NCBI GenBank assembly: GCA_022605425.2
Contig: CM061254.1
Coordinates: 124,001 to 188,000 of the forward strand
Direction of reading: 5' to 3'
Length of the DNA stretch: 64,000 nt
DNA from: Hamiltosporidium tvaerminnensis FI-OER-3-3
Lineage: Eukaryota; Fungi; Microsporidia
In this document: piece by piece, positions 55,527-64,000 of the stretch
Position numbering within the stretch: the first letter of the stretch is position 1
Layout: every line of letters starts with the position of its first letter
Program-made: the position numbers and the translations under genes
The notes under the pieces: generated by a model
What the model was told of the DNA's origin: nothing
Seen by the model: the letters and a program-made list of their open reading frames with translations, nothing else
Database searches by the model: none

Positions 55527-58208
55527 ATGGAAAAAAATAAGGATGATATCTGTTGTAAATTTTGCAGAAATAAATTAGTTTATCGAAAAGCTACTAATGG
55601 TTGTAGAATTTATCTTTTTAGCATTTTTAATATATTTCAGATATATTTGTTACATTTTATTTTGTTAAATAAATGTGCATGCTTGCAAATCGAAATTTCT
55701 TTTTCAAATGAAGCCGAAAATTTTGAAGTCAATTGCAATGAAGCCGTTGATAATTTAAATAACTTATGTGAAAACTGCGCATCTGATCGAATAGCTACGG
55801 AAAGAATTCCTGAATCAAATGTTCAAGACTTCTCGGATAATACTCCCGCGCCTGCAACTCTTCTAGATAGAAATGATCACATTGTTGATCCTGGAACGAT
55901 CCCTATTATTACAGGGATCTCAAGCAAGAAAAGAAAGCAAGATTTGTTTTTGCCTGAATCTGACGAAATATCAAACACTCAATACAGTTCATTAATTCAA
56001 CGTCAAACTAATGAAAAAATTGTATCCCAAGGTGAAGAACTACAGCCTTTGGATCTTAGAACTAATAAAAAACGAAAGATCTCTGATTTGATTGAATTTG
56101 AAAACAACGAATGGATTTTAAAAACCCCTACAAGTATAATATTTGAATATTCGGATAAGTTTTGTATTCAATCTAAATATTTTAATAAATATATGAATAC
56201 AGAATTGAACTATGTAAAATATAATATTACGGATTTAACAAAATCCAAGGTTGATATTGCGACATTTGAAATATTTCTTTTCGTTTTACGTTTTGGCTAT
56301 GATAAGAAGTGTATGAATTTACAATTAGACGGTTTCATCACCTTTTTACGCCTCTTTTGTGATTTACTTTGTCATGCAGAATCAGATGTAATAGGGAATT
56401 TATATAAAAGTCTACTTCCAACATTTATCATTTATAAAAACGATATTTTGGTTAATATTAATATCGAAACACCTGAAAATATATTTTTAGTTCAAAAATC
56501 ATTGTTCTTACCGTTTTTAAATACTTTTTTTTCTAATGTAGAAGTAAAATTTGATCAAAATACTAAAGAATTGTCGTTGTTGAAGAGAGAAAGTTCCTTA
56601 CACCTTTATTCATTTGATGCAAGGAACATCGATGAAATCTACATACGAACTACACCAGAAGTGATAACCTTTTTAGAAACCAAATCTAATATTAACCTTA
56701 AATTATTTTTTTGGCTTATGTCACTATTTAAGATAATTGGTATCAAAATTTCTAATGATAATATATATTATTCTGAAAGTAAAGAAAGAGATCGGATTTG
56801 TAAATATGAAAATAGCGCTCTGGCATATTCTTCTCCGAATTTAAAACTTTTCTATTCACATACATTGAAATCAATCATTTTGGATAATAATAATAATGAA
56901 ATAAAATTTTTAGAACTGGAACGGGTAAACATAACTGAAGGTTTTCTAAATTTTATAAAAATATTGTCCAAAATCGAATCCCTGATTCTTTATACCTGCA
57001 AATTACCTGCTTATAGTAAATTTTTATGCCATCTGAATTTTTGCTTTCCAAAATTGAAAACACTTAAAGTAAATACTCTTGTTTTGACAGCAGCGTTTTT
57101 CAAATCTTTGAGAAATCTGAAAATAGAATATCTAGATTTGTCATGGTCTACATTTGACGGGAAGTATAGTAGAGATTTGGAATTATATGATGGAATTTAT
57201 ACATTGTGCGATTTAAAACTAGATAATTCTCGTTTGGGCTATAATGTAATAAACTTTTTAGTTAAATCCAATGCGTTGGAATTTTTGAGCATGAAAAATG
57301 TAGATTTTTCAAGGCTCAACAGAACAAAATATTTTATATTGTTGCAAAGAAATTATAGTTCATTAGACATTTCTGGGTGTTTTTTAAACAAAAATTTCAT
57401 GAATTTTTATTCGAGTAACTTTAAAGCTACAAGCTTGTCTCTGCGAGATTTAAATTCAGAAAATCTACAAAAAATGCTAGATCTAAATTCTTTACACATA
57501 TCCACAAAAATACTGGATTTAAGTAAGAGCTGTCTAGATTTTAAGGCCATTGCATGTTTAAGAAAGTTTAAAGTTTTGGAAACTTTAAAACTTTGTAGCT
57601 TACCATATGTTGAGTTCAAGTATTTGAATCAAGAATATTCCTTTGAGAAAAATCTGTATGTAATTGATTTATCTGATTCTAAACTTATACAAGAAAATAT
57701 GGTATTCTTAAATCGATTTGAATTTCTTAAAGAATTAAGACTTTCTAGGTGTAATCTTAAAGAAGGTTTGATAAGATATATTCTTCCGAAATCTCTATTT
57801 TCGTCATTAGAAAAATTGAAAATCTCAGAAAATTCGTTGGATATCTATGATTTTTATTTGTTAAGTCTGATTAGGAACCTTAAATATCTCTCTATTACGT
57901 TAGAAAATTCAATTTTTAGAAATTCTCTTAAAGAGAACGATCTAATGTGTTTTACGAAACTAAATACATTGATTCTAACAAAAACAGTTATCACTTACGA
58001 AATATTTCAATTCATAAATCAACAATATTTATTAACCCATCTTCATTTCAAAGACTGCACTTTCGAAATCGATTTTTCTTCAATTTCAATTACTTCATCG
58101 TTAAAGCACCTGAATCATATTGTTTTAATAAATTCAAAGATTTCTGCTGATAATAAAAGAAGATTAGAAGATTTGATAATCTATAATATTACTGTAATTG
58201 TTCGATAA
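55527..58208 (+). CDS. LRR gene copy B, intact (893 aa): signal/TM, NLS-like KKRK motifs, BTB-like region, C-terminal LRRs
   Basis: Intact 2.7-kb ORF; hydrophobic IFQIYLLHFILL..CAC|LQ; many LxxLxLSxx repeats. Confidence 0.93.
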   Translation: MEKNKDDICCKFCRNKLVYRKATNGCRIYLFSIFNIFQIYLLHFILLNKCACLQIEISFSNEAENFEVNCNEAVDNLNNLCENCASDRIATERIPESNVQDFSDNTPAPATLLDRNDHIVDPGTIPIITGISSKKRKQDLFLPESDEISNTQYSSLIQRQTNEKIVSQGEELQPLDLRTNKKRKISDLIEFENNEWILKTPTSIIFEYSDKFCIQSKYFNKYMNTELNYVKYNITDLTKSKVDIATFEIFLFVLRFGYDKKCMNLQLDGFITFLRLFCDLLCHAESDVIGNLYKSLLPTFIIYKNDILVNINIETPENIFLVQKSLFLPFLNTFFSNVEVKFDQNTKELSLLKRESSLHLYSFDARNIDEIYIRTTPEVITFLETKSNINLKLFFWLMSLFKIIGIKISNDNIYYSESKERDRICKYENSALAYSSPNLKLFYSHTLKSIILDNNNNEIKFLELERVNITEGFLNFIKILSKIESLILYTCKLPAYSKFLCHLNFCFPKLKTLKVNTLVLTAAFFKSLRNLKIEYLDLSWSTFDGKYSRDLELYDGIYTLCDLKLDNSRLGYNVINFLVKSNALEFLSMKNVDFSRLNRTKYFILLQRNYSSLDISGCFLNKNFMNFYSSNFKATSLSLRDLNSENLQKMLDLNSLHISTKILDLSKSCLDFKAIACLRKFKVLETLKLCSLPYVEFKYLNQEYSFEKNLYVIDLSDSKLIQENMVFLNRFEFLKELRLSRCNLKEGLIRYILPKSLFSSLEKLKISENSLDIYDFYLLSLIRNLKYLSITLENSIFRNSLKENDLMCFTKLNTLILTKTVITYEIFQFINQQYLLTHLHFKDCTFEIDFSSISITSSLKHLNHIVLINSKISADNKRRLEDLIIYNITVIVR

Positions 58209-58299
58209 ATCTATTAATCTAAAATAATAAAATCCATTTTAAGTTTAATTTGTTCCTTAGAATTTTTATTGGCTTCATTATATTCTTTTTACGTTTATA

Positions 58300-59450
58300 G
58301 TATTCCGATTCGAATGTGCAGGTTTTCATATTATGACTATTATCAATTTTTACATCTATGATTTAATTTGACTTTGTGTCGGACGCCATTTTTTAATATT
58401 TTTTTATTTATATAAACCTACAATTTTATGTAAATATTGTATATTTAACAAGAGAGATTGTGGGATATTATGAAACCTCCGTTTATTTGTCTTTCTGGCT
58501 GTTTAAAACAAACTTCGACCAAAAAATACATTTTTCAGATTGTGTACACGTAACATCACAAAAGACTATATGCAATGTAAATTTACATAGTTAAGACATA
58601 GACTAGAATTTACTTAACAGCATTGCCTATTATGTTTCTTGTTATATTATGTTCTTTTTTGTAAACTCCGCAACGATTCACCTGCATTGGTATTGTAGAA
58701 GCCCCGATTTTCCATCAAATCAGTTTACACACAATGCTCCTCTCATTCTTTGATATTCACCAAGCCCATCTCTTATATACTTGAACAAAAAAACTCACAG
58801 ATTTTCTGTTATTTCATGTAGCTTGTTTCTTTTTTATACTTCATAATTACATGCAAAATTTGAAATCAGGTTGACCTACTACTGTAGATATAACAATTCT
58901 TTATGAGTTTTTTTAAAAGAAAGTATTTGAATGGCCTAGGTATAATTTTTAAGTTTTCAAAAATCAATTTTACAGGCTCTGACTATAGAAAACGATTTAT
59001 ATGAAAGAAGAAAATAAAACAATGAGGTACTATAAAGCCAAGAATTAAAAAAATAGGTGTATAATACAAAACTAATATTATGATTTTCCGCGAGTATTAC
59101 TATTAAAAATCAAATAAGAGCGGTAAAATTTGCGAGGAGCAAAGATTTAAAGTCCATCTAATTTTGGTATTAAAAATGTGTCTAAAAATCTCGATAAAAC
59201 GTAGATTGACCGAATGATGCTTATATTTCCATATATCTATTTGACTCAATGCATCTAAGCCCTCTATATAAATGAATATAAACTGGTATTTATGTAGGAA
59301 TAATCTAACTAGCAATTATATATCGGGTGAGTCTGAACAATATCATAAGCAAGCGCATTAAAAGAGGCTCGTGCCAAAAATATATTTTTAGTTTGCTTTT
59401 TGTTTTGAATATAGGTTTGTTTGCGTCGAAAGCTAATTAGAAGCCACAAA
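58300..59450 (-). repeat. Downstream flank of LRR copy B, diverged counterpart of 28700-29870 (probably R4-like remnant)
   Basis: Shared blocks such as TCTTTCTGGCTGTT(T/C)AAAACAAACTTCGACCAAAAAATACATTTTT and AGGTACTATAAA. Confidence 0.6.
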
Positions 59451-60179
59451 AGAGAAAGTTTTTCAGGATACCGATTGTCTCTTTTTGATTGATGATATTA
59501 ACGTTTTGAGTTGACAGTTCGAAATTAGATATATGACGTTAATATAAAATAATTTTTAGAGGAATTTTTTTAAGAGATAGACAGAAAAATTTACTAAAAA
59601 CGATACTTTTATAATTAAAAACTCTTCTATAAAGTCTGTGTTGTGTAAATTTTTATAATTATAGAATAATCAAAGAAAATACAGCACATATGCCGTACTA
59701 AAGTTACGGGTAAAACTAATCTTGACTTGAAGACTTTTCGCAATTAATTAAACCAAAAATTTACTTTATGGAATTAGTCAATATGCAATGAAGTTGATCA
59801 ATTTCATATAGGTGCAATTTTATTTGATTGTGACTTCTCTCGGTATTTTCATGCACTGTTGTGTTTAGTAAAAAAAAACACGTTCCAATTTGCTTATGAT
59901 CTAAAAAGAGTCTACGTTTTGCTTGAACAAACTGTTGAGGGGTACATCATGTTGGGTCGAAGGCAAGCATTCGCTTCCGTAACTCTTACGTTTTTTTAAA
60001 TCAATGTAACAATATATCCCCAAAAGGAATCCAATTCTTAAAGTAGCAAATACTAACAAAACATATGCTTAGCAAATATACCATTTTCTCGGAATAATAT
60101 AACTTTGCAAAGAAGTCATAGAAAGAATTCAGAAGAATCACAAATAGTAAAAAATATAAATAAATTAAAATAAATTTGA

Positions 60180-60870
60180 CTTGAAGTTATATGATGCATA
60201 TGTGATGGGATTGTGTGTCTTGATTACCCTAAATGAAGGCCACATAAATATTCTATAAGGAAAAAGTGTAGCAGATCATGCTATATATAGACTAGAAAAC
60301 ACCTTAGCGAGTACGGGTAGATTTTTTATATCCCGTTAAGTTTGTGAACTTAAGTGTTTGTTTTAACTTGATATTTCTGCACATGAAAACACATGGTGCC
60401 ATTTAAAAGCAGTGATATGCGATCATTTATGTTTCTAATGGTTACGGGGCGAATCTAGAAACGTGATATGGTGCAACTCAGTTCAAAAAATTTTAAAATG
60501 GTAGTATAAATAAGATCGAACGTTCGAATAGTCACATGTCTAGAATTATAATTGTGAATATATACCTATATTTTAGATGCAAGTAAAAAAAGATAACGCT
60601 TATCGAGGTGAATTTCCACAGAGATTCATTTTGAACAGTAGAAGCGCAGAACCTTAAGAATGTTAATCTATTTGCAAAAGAATACAGGTCTTTTTACTAA
60701 AATTGCATTTTTATGAAAATTATTTAAGAGATAACCGATGACAATATTGTACCGAAATTTAATAAAATGTATCAATAAAGAGCCTAAATATTTATAAATG
60801 TAGGAAGTGTCATTCCATCGATAGAGCAAAAAAAATAATTAAAAGTATTTTTTTCGAACTAAAAAAAAGA
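60180..60870 (+). mobile_element. Decayed R4/Dong-like element, RLE region
   Basis: NSVQKIL...ILDASKKKITLIEV...TVEAQNLKNVNLFAKE...DNIVPKF parallels the PDI-xx-D..ITLIEV..KYDLLANE..DGIVTKY motifs of the family. Confidence 0.65.
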
Positions 60871-63800
60871 CATCTCTCTGCTTCACATTCTCAATAGCTT
60901 TTTCGAGAGTGCTAATTTGTAATATTTAACTATCAGAGATTTATGGTCAACAAACGGCGCTTTAAAAGCAAATAAAAAAATCCGAGATTATGTTAAACGA
61001 AAGATATAATTTTTTTTTATAAAATTAACGCTTTTATAGCTTTACATAGATAAATGCTCTAAAAACCTTGGGATTTTTCCTTATAATACCTATATTCGAA
61101 ACAGTCGAATCCAAAACTCATTAAGTGCGCAGACTAAACATTTTTTTCGTTAATTTATGTTACACGGTGTATGATTTTTAGCTAAACTTTTTTTCGGAAC
61201 CTATTGACCGCTGCATTTTACTGCCTCTATATATTCCTTGCCGACTTAACCAGCGCTTTAATATATCTCGAGAACTAAATGTGATCTATATGCACAGCTC
61301 GATGTCCTAGCAAACGTTTTGTGCCCTACTTAGCATTGAGGGCTTGGCAAGGGGTATGATTTTAATATCTCATGGCCGCGAAGTTTTCTAACTCGAATAA
61401 GAAAGAAACCTTCTTTTGCTTTTATTTTAATTATTGTTCTGAAAAAGTTGTTGTTGTCCTGATCTATTCTTTTTATTTCACTTTTTACCACAAATCCAAA
61501 CTCTAGTGTGATTTCCGTATTACCATAAATTGAACAATGATTTTAACATAAATGTTACAATCCTTCCGAAGCAGATAGTTTCTAATAAGTTTATATTCTT
61601 TCAATTAAAAATTATATGTTTATAAATATAAATGCAGGTGTCGAATTTATATTTTCATGTATATGTTTTTTTAAGGTGGGGGAATATACTCACAATAAAA
61701 ACTATCTGCTTGGAAATGAGTTGTTAAAATTCGTGCGAAAAACATTTGGGGCATTTATTGAACTATAAGCCACATAGAATCTATATGGAAACCTGTAATA
61801 ATTCCGAATTACAACATATTAGAAGAAACGGATGGAATACTTTTATATCTGTATCTTAGATATTGAATACTAAAAGACAAATGGAATAATTAAGTGAGTA
61901 AATAGGTTATTTTAGAGTTACTTTGGGCTGTCAAATACAAAAAAAGCAATTTTTTTCGATACGAATGAAACGTAATTCAGAAGTGAATTAGAGCCAAATA
62001 TAGGCGTTTCGGTGATTTTTTTTGATTGAGTTAGATTGTCAGTGAAAGGAAAACTTTCTTTACGAAAAATAAAGAGTGAATGAACAATGATGCGACCCCG
62101 CCTTATCTGTTGTAAATTCCGATATCCTCACCAGTAGACTATTTGCATCAAAAAGTTACTATACAATCTTGAAAACGTTTAAAAATTAGTTTGATTCGAA
62201 TTTTTGTAAATAACACTCGAAAATTGTTTAAATTCAGGTTGTTTACAATTGAATAGTTGATACTTAAAGTTTTTATGGTTAAGTTGTAAAAGATTATTTT
62301 TTCGAAATTCAAATTGTAGTACAAAAAGCTTCTTTGATTGTAATAATAACTGAATAGTCGTATAAAAATGGTAATTTATGATATGGAATCAGATCAAGTA
62401 ATATAACCACCTTTGGTACACAAGGACGCATCGTATAAATATTCCAAAAATATAAAAAAGGTGAGATGAAAATCAAAAGTAGCAAATAAAACGAGGCAAA
62501 GCATGCTTATAATAAGCATAGTATTTATTTAAGAATTTTACTGAAATAGTTCTAGTTTAAAAGTTAAAATACCCTAAAAATTATACTGTAGGTATAAAGG
62601 CTTTTTTAACTAAAATATAGATTTTGCAAAGACTTTCAATAAAAATAAATATACCTAGGTCAAATCGGCATTAATAAATAATAAAATGACTGAAGACACG
62701 GTGATGTAGTATAATTCTTATGAAAACGAGATTTTATGTATTGGATAATATTTAATGTGGCTTAATAAAAAGTTTATAGAGCTGTACGAAGAACCAGCGG
62801 TTTTCTCTATAAGAAATAGAATATGTTTAGAAAATAAAAGAAATCTATAACGCCGACATCGCTTGTGTAAATCATAAAACTTTTAACTAATCTAATGTAT
62901 GAAAGGCTTAGGCTTTCAAAAAGCCCCGAATAGATAGCACAACAAAGGGTATTATGTTTACATTTACTGTAAAGTTATAAATTCAAGATTTTTAATAAAC
63001 TATTCATCAAAATAAGTCTTAGAAATATTTATTTAGAAATGAGAAAAGTGACAGAATAAGATATTGCGTTTACGTTGAATAAAAAACTCAAAATGTATTT
63101 TAAATCCTAACAAGGGTCTAATAATTCTATTCGAAATAGAAGGCAAATATCTGGCATTACTCCTATGTGTTAAAACAGAAGAACTTTAAAAGTATATTGT
63201 ATCAGCAATAAATTGATTTAAGAGTTATCGATATGAGTTGCATTAAATAATCTCATATATTATAAGGCTAAATGGTATTACGCAAAAATATCATAAAATG
63301 TATTTTAAAAGACTTAAAATACATATAGATAGAACCAGATATAGAATCATATCTTTGAAAAATCAAATCTAAAAATCATCATTTAAGCGCAAAAAAAAAT
63401 TGGTTCAGATTAAATTCCTAGAAAAAAATGAGGAGAGCATCGATATGTCTTTTAATAGCATCGAAAATGTATAAAGAACCATACTTTCTATGACACAAGT
63501 AAGTAACGAGGAGGATGATGTTAAACAAGTAAAAAAAAACTGCTCCTCGTTACAAATCACAAATCCCTTCCACTTTAAAATTTCGGAGATAAATATAAAT
63601 GCAGATTTAGGTTTAGAAGAAAAACGGGGGTATAAATTCATTGAGGAGAATACACAAAAGAGAAAAAATATATTTCTTTTTCTCGAGATTTTGTCGAAAT
63701 AGTTTTTACCTTTTCTTTTACAAAAATATGGCTTAAAATTGTTTATCCAAGTCAAAGATGTTGTCTCTGAAATGGTTTTCGTTTAAACATCTAGGTTAGG

Positions 63801-64000
63801 TATAAATTTTTTCGGCACAAATCTAGTTTACTTCTCAAATACAATGAAAGCATATTCACCTTTACTAGTAGCCTAGTAATTATTTAAAATTTAACTCGAA
63901 TACTTTCTAAAAAAATACATTTTAAACCAAAAAATAGCATATATTAAGAAGTCAAAAACACGAAAAAAGATTAATAGCTTTTATCAATACAAATCGGATT

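Noticed and set aside
632-59315. Remaining short ORFs in the track (antisense or alternate-frame to real genes or TE remnants, e.g. 6071, 14348, 21386, 31201, 37979, 39072, 57407)
   Set aside because: Shadow ORFs explained by the overlapping gene/element or by AT-rich composition.
61205-61230. GCATTTTAC resembling U5 snRNA loop 1
   Set aside because: Mismatch in the invariant loop and no flanking stem.
63405-63755. Overlapping ORFs 63405..63755 (-) and 63490..63702 (+)
   Set aside because: Non-ATG or short, with no motif; at most a pseudogene fragment.

Overview
Very AT-rich, gene-sparse eukaryotic DNA with intronless genes and CCC-like motifs just upstream of several ATGs. This pattern, plus 'AAGGGTGTTAAT' satellites and the retroelement family present, points to a large-genome microsporidian, probably Hamiltosporidium (inference from recalled family features, not a search). 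Contents: (i) four leucine-rich-repeat (LRR) genes. Three are clear paralogues with a signal/TM segment, NLS-like motifs, a BTB-like region and LRRs; two of the four are disabled by one or two point lesions. (ii) An inverted ~7-kb duplication (about 28.7-35.8 kb vs 52.4-59.45 kb) in which only the LRR-coding half has been recently homogenised. (iii) A small secreted 'YCS' protein family, one intact and two pseudogenes. (iv) Two conserved nuclear genes recognisable by motif: a minimal Sgf11-like zinc finger and a Rec114-like meiotic protein. (v) Many decayed non-LTR retrotransposons (R4/Dong-like RLE type, one RTE 3' end) and short tandem repeats. (vi) The most unusual item: a ~700-nt element present twice (9.45-10.15 kb +, 49.17-49.87 kb -) whose diverged copies keep many helices, a cUUCGg hairpin and a long-range pseudoknot through compensatory changes, so it is a candidate undescribed large structured RNA. 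All alignments and folds were done by eye; decayed-element boundaries are approximate.
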